A DNA stretch of 64,000 nt from assembly GCA_015057715.1 (NCBI GenBank), contig SVDS01000006.1, positions 7,140 through 71,139 of the forward strand, given 5' to 3'. The DNA is from Paenibacillaceae bacterium. Lineage in GTDB: Bacteria; Bacillota; Clostridia; Lachnospirales; Lachnospiraceae. Position numbers and translations under genes: made by a program. The notes under the pieces were generated by a model that was given only the letters and a program-made list of their open reading frames with translations, was not told the origin of the DNA and did no database searches. This document shows, one piece after another, positions 45,311-53,912 of the stretch; the first letter of the stretch is position 1, and each line of letters opens with the position of its first letter.

Positions 45311-45543
45311 GACTTTGAGGTTCTGCTTTTTTCATAATCTTCAGCATCTGTCTTGGCGTTGCTGTATTTTTCCGAACCGGGAAATACTCTACGTATTGAC
45401 TTAGCAGAGGCACCGAATCATTATCTGGGATTATGTAGTCGATATTTAGTGGCAGTTTCAGTTACATGACAAAGGAGCTGCGCACTAATTACTTAGTGCG
45501 AAGCCCCTTCTTCTCAACAGGACATAACTGTATCAATCCGTTA

Positions 45544-46407
45544 TTACAGTTCAAACCAATCCCTATAACCTAATTCAATCAGATGATCCCGGCTGATCCT
45601 AAGACTTTCAAAGGGGTCACGGTCATAAGTTTCATCCTGCTCAATTAAAAAATACTCGCTCCCTCCTTCAAATCCGGCTTCCACACACTCTTTTACAGGC
45701 AGACTTCCTTCTCCCAATTCTGCAAACTCAATGGTATCAGTAAATGCCTGCATAAAGGTTGTTTTGTCAAACGCACCCTCTGGAAGCCTCACTTCCCTGA
45801 TCCGATAATCTTTCAGATGAATCAGTCGAATCCTGCCTGCATAATTTTTTATAAATTCTACCGGATTTTCTCCTCCACGCTGAATCCAGTGTATATCCAG
45901 TTCAAACCCCATATACCGGGTATTGTCTTTAATTATATCCAGCAAATACTGTCCATCATATTTTATAAACTCGATATGATGGTTGTGATAATACAGATCT
46001 ATCCCGTGCTCTTTCAGCTTTCCGGCATAGTCATCCGCTCTCTTTACAAAATCCAAAGCTTTATCACGGCTTCCCATACAATTGACAGGCAGCATGCCAA
46101 TACGCAGCAAGTCACAGTTTAATGCCTTGCAGTCTGCCACAATTTTATCAAAATCAGTAGTCAGATATTCTCCCGGCATACCAGGCATCATGGGTTCTAA
46201 TGAAGCGCTGCAGGCAGCCACCTTAATGCCGTATTCCTCACATGCCTTCTTTATATCACTCACATTTTCAGGAGTCATAGGTATCTGGCTGATCTCCACA
46301 CAGTGATACCCCATCTCAGCACAGGCTTTTAATGTCTCATATGCCCCTAATTCATCAACTTTATCCTTGATCGTACTCATTTGAATTCCAATTAACCCTT
46401 TTTTCAT
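45544..46407 (-). CDS. Sugar phosphate isomerase/epimerase-family protein (xylose isomerase-like TIM barrel)
   Basis: 287 aa. Typical blocks GYHCVEIS, YHNHHIEF and FLIEQD. Confidence 0.8.
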   Translation of the reverse strand: MKKGLIGIQMSTIKDKVDELGAYETLKACAEMGYHCVEISQIPMTPENVSDIKKACEEYGIKVAACSASLEPMMPGMPGEYLTTDFDKIVADCKALNCDLLRIGMLPVNCMGSRDKALDFVKRADDYAGKLKEHGIDLYYHNHHIEFIKYDGQYLLDIIKDNTRYMGFELDIHWIQRGGENPVEFIKNYAGRIRLIHLKDYRIREVRLPEGAFDKTTFMQAFTDTIEFAELGEGSLPVKECVEAGFEGGSEYFLIEQDETYDRDPFESLRISRDHLIELGYRDWFEL

Positions 46408-46429
46408 TGCAAATATTTCCTCTCATATT

Positions 46430-47440
46430 TTATTGTTCCTTTAACGAAGCAAACATGCCTGTACGCCCTGACTCCTGTATGGAATCAATCAGACGTATGC
46501 TCATCAGCCCATCTTTGACATGCAGATAATCCTGATTGTCTTTTTCAATGGAATCATAGAATTTATTGATTAGTTTCCCATGGCTGGCTCCGTAATAGAA
46601 TTTAGAGCCAAAAAACTTTGCATCCTCTGCCAGCTGTTCCCTGCTGCCATCTGGATTAATACGATACAGAACATTTTCAATAATGGCAAACTCTGCCTGA
46701 ACCAATTGAACCGAGATCTGTACACTTTCGTTTTTATAATTTGCATTGGTTGCCATAAACAGACCATGGGCACCGTTTTCATAAAAGAGGTTTGCCATAA
46801 CGGTATCTTCCACTTCTATTCCATAGTCCAGAAGCTGACTCACCGATGCTTTCACACCATCCACGGGACCTCCCAGGTAATACAGCAGATCCAGGGTATG
46901 GACGGACTGATTAATCATACAGCCGCCTCCGGCAGTATCCCATTTTCCCCGCCAGGGTTTACTTTCATAGTAATCTCTGGACCGGAACCATGGCACAACC
47001 CCTTTTGCAGCGCAAACTCTGCCATATTTTCCGCTGTCAATGATTGTCTTCAAAGCTTCCACAGATTCATTGAAACGGTTCTGAAGGCAGATTCCCATGT
47101 GAATGTCCGGATGTGCTGCTTCAAAATCAGCAAACACCTGGCCCTGTACCTGATTTAAAGCAACAGGCTTTTCACATAATACATGGACTCCCATCTCAGC
47201 TGAAGCAATAGAAACCGGGACGTGAAGGTAATGAGGCAGGCAGATATGTACCACATCCGGCTTTTCCCTGGAAATCATATCCTGATAGCTGGTATAAAAC
47301 GGCACTCCCTCCGGAGCCTGATCACTTTTATTTTCCTCTATGTCACAGACTGCAGCCAGAGTAATTTCAGGATTGTTTTGAATACACATCATATGAATGG
47401 AAGAGATGTCTCCCAGACCGATGACAGCCGCTCTTTTCAT
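46430..47440 (-). CDS. Gfo/Idh/MocA-family NAD(P)-dependent oxidoreductase
   Basis: 336 aa. N-terminal Rossmann MKRAAVIGLGDISSIH and the EKP motif (VLCEKPVAL). Confidence 0.85.
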   Translation of the reverse strand: MKRAAVIGLGDISSIHMMCIQNNPEITLAAVCDIEENKSDQAPEGVPFYTSYQDMISREKPDVVHICLPHYLHVPVSIASAEMGVHVLCEKPVALNQVQGQVFADFEAAHPDIHMGICLQNRFNESVEALKTIIDSGKYGRVCAAKGVVPWFRSRDYYESKPWRGKWDTAGGGCMINQSVHTLDLLYYLGGPVDGVKASVSQLLDYGIEVEDTVMANLFYENGAHGLFMATNANYKNESVQISVQLVQAEFAIIENVLYRINPDGSREQLAEDAKFFGSKFYYGASHGKLINKFYDSIEKDNQDYLHVKDGLMSIRLIDSIQESGRTGMFASLKEQ

Positions 47441-47461
47441 ATATACTTCTCCTTATTGTGG

Positions 47462-48664
47462 TTATCTGGTTTTAAATTTCCCCTCTGCAGCAATTCTCTT
47501 ATTTAATTCCCGCAGATACAAATCCTCGTCAACAGGGTTTTCCACCTCAGTACCCAGCCAGGAAGAAAGCAGGGCTGCATTTGCCAGATTCACTCCGTTG
47601 ATGCCGTCGGAGCCGGGAGCCAGAAGCGGCACTCCCTCCAGAATGTGAAGTGCAAAATTTTCCATGACGGAAATATGCTGAACTCCCCAGCCATCGGTAT
47701 TTTCAAAAGTTTCTTTCAGTATCATATCTCCTGCACCTGCTGAATTACCGCTTGTCAGCTTATGGACATCCATCATGCTCATGGTCGCATTCATTTCGCT
47801 CTCATCTTTTTTCAGGCGATATACGGTAGCAGTTTTACTGTCATCTACCACAATCTTACCCCCATCTAAATCTATTTCCAGCCGGTCTGTTCCAATGGGA
47901 TCATGGGTGCAGGTAATAAAGCTGCCGGTGGCGCCGTTGCTGTATTCTGTTACAATGGTAACGTCATTTTCCACAATAATATCCCGGTGGCTGCCGTAAA
48001 GACATTTTGCAATTACCTTATCAGGCACTCCGCAGAGCCACTGCCATAAATCCAGCTGGTGAGGGGCCTGATTCACCAAAACGCCTCCGCCTTCTCCACC
48101 CCAGGTTGCGCGCCAGTCACTCTGCTTATAGTAACTGTCCGGACGCCACCAGGAATTGATAATCCAGCTTGAGCGGCGGATTTCCCCCAATTCTCCGGAA
48201 GAAACCAGTTCTTTCACCTTCTGGTACAGTTTATTTGTCCTTTGGTTGAACATAATTCCAAACGCCACATCTTTATGGGCCGCAGCGCATTGGTTCATCT
48301 CACGGACTGCTTTTGCATAAACTCCTGCAGGCTTTTCCACCAGAACGTTCATTCCATGTTCCAGGCAATAAATGGCAATTTCCGTATGAAGATAATGAGG
48401 AACGGTTGTAATTACCGCATCTACATCTCCGGATTTTACCATGTCCTTCCAATCTTTATAAAAAGGAACTTCCGGATATTTTTCCCTGCACATCTCCTCT
48501 TTTGCCGGATCATTATCACATAAGGCTCCCAGAGTACAGTGGGGAGGACACTCCACCGCTGGCATTCCTGCAAATCCTGCCTGTCCGCTTAAGAATCCTG
48601 CATATGCGCTGCCCTGCACACCTGCTCCGATCAGTCCATATCTTATTTTTTTTTCCATTTTCAT
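47462..48664 (-). CDS. Gfo/Idh/MocA-family NAD(P)-dependent oxidoreductase (longer paralogue)
   Basis: 400 aa. IRYGLIGAGVQGSAYAG and VLVEKPAGV, plus a C-terminal alpha/beta dimerisation domain. Confidence 0.85.
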   Translation of the reverse strand: MKMEKKIRYGLIGAGVQGSAYAGFLSGQAGFAGMPAVECPPHCTLGALCDNDPAKEEMCREKYPEVPFYKDWKDMVKSGDVDAVITTVPHYLHTEIAIYCLEHGMNVLVEKPAGVYAKAVREMNQCAAAHKDVAFGIMFNQRTNKLYQKVKELVSSGELGEIRRSSWIINSWWRPDSYYKQSDWRATWGGEGGGVLVNQAPHQLDLWQWLCGVPDKVIAKCLYGSHRDIIVENDVTIVTEYSNGATGSFITCTHDPIGTDRLEIDLDGGKIVVDDSKTATVYRLKKDESEMNATMSMMDVHKLTSGNSAGAGDMILKETFENTDGWGVQHISVMENFALHILEGVPLLAPGSDGINGVNLANAALLSSWLGTEVENPVDEDLYLRELNKRIAAEGKFKTR

Positions 48665-48687
48665 TCTCCTTCCGTCACATTCGTGGG

Positions 48688-49566
48688 TTATATAATGGAT
48701 TTTAAAATTTCCCGCAACGCATGATACTGCATTGCATAACCCTCTGCACCATTTTTTGCTTTATCTTCTTTTATAATTTTCTTTGCATCAACAAGTTCCA
48801 AATCGGACAGAGCGTCAAAGACCACCAGATGAGGCTCCAAAGTCAAAAATCCTTCATAGCCTTCGCTCAGAAGAGCCCGCTCTAAGATCTCTCTGATCCG
48901 CCCCTCACCGGTACCGCACACCACATTTTCTTTATCTGATGCAACTGCATCTTTGATATGGATGTAGGCAACGTAATCCTTTATTAAATCCCAGCAGTCA
49001 ACAGGATCTTCATTGCACTGCACATAGTTGGCAAAATCAAATGCACTGAGAAAACAGGGATCTGATAATGCCTCCATAAGGTTTTTGCACCTGATTCCGG
49101 TATCGCCATAAATATCTTTTTCATTTTCATGGATCAGAATAATTCCATAGCTCTTTGCTATTTTTAAAAATCCTCTCATTCTGTCAATTACTTTATCCCT
49201 GTAATGATCCGGATCTCTTCCTGCTGGAATATAACAGCTGAACACGCGGATATACTTACAATCCAGAATCCTGCATATTTCACAAAGCGTATTCAGTTGG
49301 CGCAGCTGTTTTTCATATCCTTCCTCATCATTTACTCCAACTTTTCCAATGGGCGAGCCCAGAGACGATACTTTTACACCAAACTGGCTGAGTTTGGGCA
49401 GAAGCTGTTCCCTGACTTCCTCAACTGTAAATTCTGCAATGGATTTTCTGTTTGCAGTCCGCAGGGAAATGTACTGCATTCCCAACCCAGCCACAGTTTT
49501 TAACTGCTCTTCAAAATCTTCACATATTTCATCAGCAAAACCAGATATTGTTACTTGTTTCTTCAC
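48688..49566 (-). CDS. Sugar phosphate isomerase/epimerase-family protein (xylose isomerase-like TIM barrel), second copy
   Basis: 292 aa. ISGFADE, IHENEKDIYGD, IHIKD and LTLEPH blocks. Confidence 0.8.
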   Translation of the reverse strand: MKKQVTISGFADEICEDFEEQLKTVAGLGMQYISLRTANRKSIAEFTVEEVREQLLPKLSQFGVKVSSLGSPIGKVGVNDEEGYEKQLRQLNTLCEICRILDCKYIRVFSCYIPAGRDPDHYRDKVIDRMRGFLKIAKSYGIILIHENEKDIYGDTGIRCKNLMEALSDPCFLSAFDFANYVQCNEDPVDCWDLIKDYVAYIHIKDAVASDKENVVCGTGEGRIREILERALLSEGYEGFLTLEPHLVVFDALSDLELVDAKKIIKEDKAKNGAEGYAMQYHALREILKSII

Positions 49567-49588
49567 GGGCTCCTCCTTTGTTGAAAGA

Positions 49589-50992
49589 CTAGTTATGATT
49601 CAATCTTCTCTCTTTTAAAATCTCAGAATTTTCCTCCACCTTCTTTTTATTTAGTGGATATACAAAGAGCAGCATCAGGGCAACACATAAAAACAGGACT
49701 GCAGGAACAATGGTTGAGATTGTATATAATCCGCTCAGTACCTCCGGTGTCTGAATCTTGGCTGCTGATTCATAGCCAATCAGCTGCAAAGCATATCCGC
49801 TTAAGCCGCCAGCCAGTGCCTGACCTACTTTTCTTGCAAAGGAATAAACGGCATAAATCGTACCGTCTTCTCTCTTACCAGTTCTTACCTCCGCATCATC
49901 AATTACATCTGTGATATTAGCCCAGATAATCAGGTTGAAAAAGTTAACCCCCAGAAATCCAATTGCTGCAGAAACCATGTAAACCCATGGGTTCTTAACC
50001 TTTAAGATAAACAACAATACATATACAGCCGCAGTAAATGTGGTAGCTATGATGGCAGCTTCTTTCTTTCCGACCGCTTTTGCAATTTTTCCCACAAATA
50101 TAGCCAGAATTAAGGCAAATGAAACATTAATAAAAGTAAAGCTGGAAAATGCTTTGATATCTCCAAAATAATCCGCATACAGGTATGTATTTAAGCCACT
50201 GATTAATAACTGACTTAACAATAAGAATATTGCAGCACCGATGATTCCAAGAATGGCTCTGCTGGAAAATATGGCTGCGAAGGTCTTGCCTAATGTCATT
50301 TTAGTGGAATTTTCATTCTTTTCAATTTTAACCCGCTCTGTGGTGCATTTATAGCAGATAACGTAGCAGATGACGGCACATATGGAGAATACACCTGCAA
50401 TAACAGGGAAGATATTCCCGCTGTTTCTGATAACCTGCGCACCGCTCTCATCCTTTGTATAGATGATAATGGGACCCAGCACGCCGATAATCAGCTGAGC
50501 CAGATTTGCACCAATACCACGGAAAGTGGATAATCCGGTCCGCTCATCTGGTTTCTCCGTAATCGCAGATGCCATGGATCCATAAGGAATGTTGATACCG
50601 GTGTAGCAGATGCTTCCCCACAGTAAGTAGGTTCCGTACATATAAACAATTTTCATAGTCATGGAAGCACCTGCCATGGAAGACTGGTACATTAAAAAAC
50701 TGGCAAACGCTACAGGACCTGCCATTCGACGGATCCATTGTTTAAAACGGCCATCTTTTCCTGGTTTGCAAGTGTCAACAATGCGCCCCATGGTGATGTC
50801 CGTAAAAGCATCCACAATTCTGGACATCAGAAACAGGGTTCCTACCATGGCTCCCGGAATTCCCAGAACTTTCATATAAAATACCATTAAAAACGAACTG
50901 GCAAATATAAATGTAAAATCATTACCAAAATCACCAAACATATATCCTATCTTATCTCTGAGTCCAAATGGTCTTTCCTGCTTATCATTCAT
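49589..50992 (-). CDS. Glycoside-pentoside-hexuronide (GPH):cation symporter-family MFS transporter
   Basis: About 467 aa, 12 TMS. N-terminal GLRDKIGYMFGDFGNDF and DAFTDITMGRIVD are typical of MelB/GPH. Start at the ATG at 50992 after AAGGAGA; the ORF-track start is 51046. Confidence 0.85.
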   Translation of the reverse strand: MNDKQERPFGLRDKIGYMFGDFGNDFTFIFASSFLMVFYMKVLGIPGAMVGTLFLMSRIVDAFTDITMGRIVDTCKPGKDGRFKQWIRRMAGPVAFASFLMYQSSMAGASMTMKIVYMYGTYLLWGSICYTGINIPYGSMASAITEKPDERTGLSTFRGIGANLAQLIIGVLGPIIIYTKDESGAQVIRNSGNIFPVIAGVFSICAVICYVICYKCTTERVKIEKNENSTKMTLGKTFAAIFSSRAILGIIGAAIFLLLSQLLISGLNTYLYADYFGDIKAFSSFTFINVSFALILAIFVGKIAKAVGKKEAAIIATTFTAAVYVLLFILKVKNPWVYMVSAAIGFLGVNFFNLIIWANITDVIDDAEVRTGKREDGTIYAVYSFARKVGQALAGGLSGYALQLIGYESAAKIQTPEVLSGLYTISTIVPAVLFLCVALMLLFVYPLNKKKVEENSEILKERRLNHN

Positions 50993-51280
50993 TTGTTCAT
51001 CTCCTTTTAGAATCTGGTATTCACTCTTACCCATCATTTTCTCCAATATTGCTTTAAAAGCCTCAGACCAGATAATTCTTTTTCCTTGCGAAATCCTTAT
51101 ATTCCATTCTGCTTCCTCCTGTTCATTTATGATATAGGAAGTCTATCTGAAAAAAACAATGTTAAACAGTGATAAATTTCATTTAAAATAATACGATTTT
51201 ATGGTATACTTGATTTTATATAAATATTTTACGATTTTACTGCTAAATTATATAATTTCTTAAAGAGGTGAGTACCATTC

Positions 51281-52513
51281 ATGAACTTGGATAATCTGGA
51301 TCTTTTTGTTCATATCATGCAGGCGCAGAATGTACCCTGTTACCGGCTGGAGACCGACTTTTCCAACCTTTATCAGGTCGATCTGGCTCTGCGCGGCAGA
51401 CTCTATACGAATTACAATTATCAAAGTCTTCACGATTTTATTATCAGTCACTGCCACGACTCTGAAATACTGCGGATAAAAGATGATTTTAATCTGGTTA
51501 ATTATTTTATCCTTATAGAAGATACTAAATCTGAATCAGATAAACAGAACTTTTACATTTCTGTGGGTCCTGTACTTGAAACACTGCCGACACCTGATCA
51601 GATACACCAGCTGATGAGAAGGAGAACTCTGCCGGAGAAACTCTTACAGGATTTGCAGAATTACTATTGTAATATTACAATACCGCCTGATTTCAATGTG
51701 TTTGAATCCACATTGATTAATATAGCCTGCCATTTATTTTCACGAGATTTTAAGTTCCAGATATATTCGGATTCCAGAGATCCTTCCATCGAATCCGTAA
51801 TTGGGAATTCCCAGTTAAATGAAAACCCTTTTATTGCCATACAAAGCATTGAAGAGCGTTATGAGACAGAAGAAAATCTTCTGGAGGCTATCGCCGCAGG
51901 TGATCATGCAAGAGCTATTCTTTACCACGGAAAATCCAGGAATTTCAAGATCATGCCTCGAAGCGAAAATACTTTGATTAACAGGAAAAATTTAGTTATT
52001 GTACTTAATACCTTATGTCGTAAAGCTGTGCAGAAGGGACATGTCCATCCAATGTACATTGATGAATTGTCTACCCGATTTGCCATACAGATTAACCAGA
52101 TCAGATCATTGAAAGAACTTGATACTTTAGAAAGTGATATGATACACAAATACTGCCTCTTGGTTTACAATCATTCTATGAAGAATTATTCCCAGATCGT
52201 CCAGCAGTGCATCACCTATACCGATTTTCATTATGCTGAACCTTTGACTCTGGCTTTTTTTGCTGAAAGATGCCATGTGACAAAATCCTATCTATCCAGC
52301 CTCTTTAAAAAGGAAACCGGAAGGAATCTGACAGACTATATCCACTCAGTCAGAATAAGCCATTCCCTGTTTTTGCTGAACTCCACACAGATGCCAATTC
52401 ATATTGTGGCTGTGAACTGCGGATATAATGATATCAACTATTTTATCAAACTCTTTAAGCGTTTGAACGGTATCTCTCCAAAACAATACCGGATACAGTT
52501 GCGTAGTAATTAA
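51281..52513 (+). CDS. AraC-family transcriptional regulator
   Basis: 410 aa. C-terminal double HTH ...FFAERCHVTKSYLSSLFKKETGRNLTDYIHSVRISHSLFLL...DINYFIKLFKRLNGISPKQYR. Divergent from the glycoside cluster. Confidence 0.85.
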   Translation: MNLDNLDLFVHIMQAQNVPCYRLETDFSNLYQVDLALRGRLYTNYNYQSLHDFIISHCHDSEILRIKDDFNLVNYFILIEDTKSESDKQNFYISVGPVLETLPTPDQIHQLMRRRTLPEKLLQDLQNYYCNITIPPDFNVFESTLINIACHLFSRDFKFQIYSDSRDPSIESVIGNSQLNENPFIAIQSIEERYETEENLLEAIAAGDHARAILYHGKSRNFKIMPRSENTLINRKNLVIVLNTLCRKAVQKGHVHPMYIDELSTRFAIQINQIRSLKELDTLESDMIHKYCLLVYNHSMKNYSQIVQQCITYTDFHYAEPLTLAFFAERCHVTKSYLSSLFKKETGRNLTDYIHSVRISHSLFLLNSTQMPIHIVAVNCGYNDINYFIKLFKRLNGISPKQYRIQLRSN

Positions 52514-52530
52514 ATATTAGGAACAACCTG

Positions 52531-52566
52531 AAAATAGCGAAGCAGTATAAACCGCTTCGCTATTTT
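52531..52566. terminator. Bidirectional terminator between the AraC and GGDEF genes
   Basis: 13-bp perfect stem aaaatagcgaagc (52531-52543) / gcttcgctatttt (52554-52566). Confidence 0.75.
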
Positions 52567-52568
52567 CT

Positions 52569-53690
52569 CTATCTTTTCTGGGGCATATCAGTCAATTCTG
52601 CAGCTTCCCCATCTCTTAATATCGCTTTATTCCGATACATTATCTCATCCGCAAGGGTAATTGCCTTGTAAATATCATCTCCACGACGGTGAACGGATAT
52701 TCCATAGGAGAAAGAAACCGGCAGTTGAGACATCTTGCCGCAATACTTTTGTGCTGCTTTTAATACTCGGTGCATCTCTTCTTCACAAATCCGGCTGCTG
52801 ACAAGAACAAATTCATCCCCACCATAACGGTATAGTTTCATATGTCTGAATTTATGCTTTAAAATGGCTGCTGTTACGCTGCAGATTGCCGCATCACCTG
52901 ATGAATGTCCATTCCAGTCATTTATTTGCTTTAGATTATTCAGATCAATCATGGCAATGGTACAAGGGTGCTTATAATTCAGCTTTTCCATTTGTTTTTC
53001 ATAGGCAACCCGGCTGTATGTACCTGTCATGGAATCGTATAGTATTTTCTGGGTAGTCAAAAGTAAATAATACAAAACAACACATACAGATGAAACATTC
53101 CATATCATAAAATTCAAATCACAAAATAATTCCAGGCCGACTGCAGAACCAATTCCCAGAAATGCAGCTGTTAGAAATGTCGTCTCTGCCCTTCTGTTGG
53201 GCTTATTCTGCTGTTTGGCAGAAAATACAATCAGTGTCAGCAGATAGAAAAATCCAACCGTTAAAGACGTGGGAAACAGAGGCCCCCTTTTGTACAAATT
53301 ACTGCTGTTCACAGAGAAAATCCAGCCATTCCATAAACTTAATACGCTTAGCGCAGTATTTATCACCTGGGGAAGATAAAACATTTTAGACATCTTTCCT
53401 GTCACACCGGTATCATAAATCAACACCATAATCATGGGAGAACACGGACCAATAACAAAATTCAGACAGGTAGTGATGCTTCTCAGCCTCCAAGCCATTC
53501 CAGAATCACCCAATGCTGCAAAATATTGATCCAGTGATGTGACAGCCATTAAAAGCAGCTGCAGAAAAATTTCCAGCAAAAATAAACGTTTAATTTTCTG
53601 GGAGAAAAGTTTGTCCGCAAAAACCATTACCCCGAAAAACAGTAGGATTAAAAGCGGTGCGTAATAGGACCTCATTGCCTCATGTAACAT
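52569..53690 (-). CDS. Membrane-bound diguanylate cyclase (GGDEF domain)
   Basis: 373 aa. About 6 N-terminal TM helices, then a GGDEF domain with RYGGDEF. Confidence 0.85.
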   Translation of the reverse strand: MLHEAMRSYYAPLLILLFFGVMVFADKLFSQKIKRLFLLEIFLQLLLMAVTSLDQYFAALGDSGMAWRLRSITTCLNFVIGPCSPMIMVLIYDTGVTGKMSKMFYLPQVINTALSVLSLWNGWIFSVNSSNLYKRGPLFPTSLTVGFFYLLTLIVFSAKQQNKPNRRAETTFLTAAFLGIGSAVGLELFCDLNFMIWNVSSVCVVLYYLLLTTQKILYDSMTGTYSRVAYEKQMEKLNYKHPCTIAMIDLNNLKQINDWNGHSSGDAAICSVTAAILKHKFRHMKLYRYGGDEFVLVSSRICEEEMHRVLKAAQKYCGKMSQLPVSFSYGISVHRRGDDIYKAITLADEIMYRNKAILRDGEAAELTDMPQKR

Positions 53691-53822
53691 AAAAACTTCC
53701 TCACAATCTTTAAATGTGAATCATATTTAAGCAGGATAAACAGCAATTTATTATAAAACTATATTATCATCTAACAGGAGATTTCACAATTTCATTTTCT
53801 GCCATTTTCTACAAAATCCGAC

Positions 53823-53868
53823 AAAAAGCGTGCTGCAAAAATCGTATTTTTCTGATCTTGCAGCACGC
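53823..53868 (-). terminator. Terminator after the 1992-aa gene
   Basis: Stem gcgtgctgcaa (53828-53838) / ttgcagcacgc (53858-53868), followed on the minus strand by TTTTTGT. Confidence 0.7.
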
Positions 53869-53912
53869 TCGCATTTTTTTATTTGATTATGTACTTGTAA
53901 CGTCAGGTAAAA

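Noticed and set aside
45261-45461. 66-codon open frame at the right edge of the island as a real gene.
   Set aside because: It has no start codon before codon 39 and no RBS, and it overlaps the RR2 promoter region. It is kept only as a possible gene relic (see the island-border finding).
51063-51107. 14-codon uORF (MEYKDFARKKNYLV) with an AGGAGG RBS upstream of the GPH symporter.
   Set aside because: It is too short to distinguish from chance in an intergenic region, and I can see no conservation or attenuator structure.
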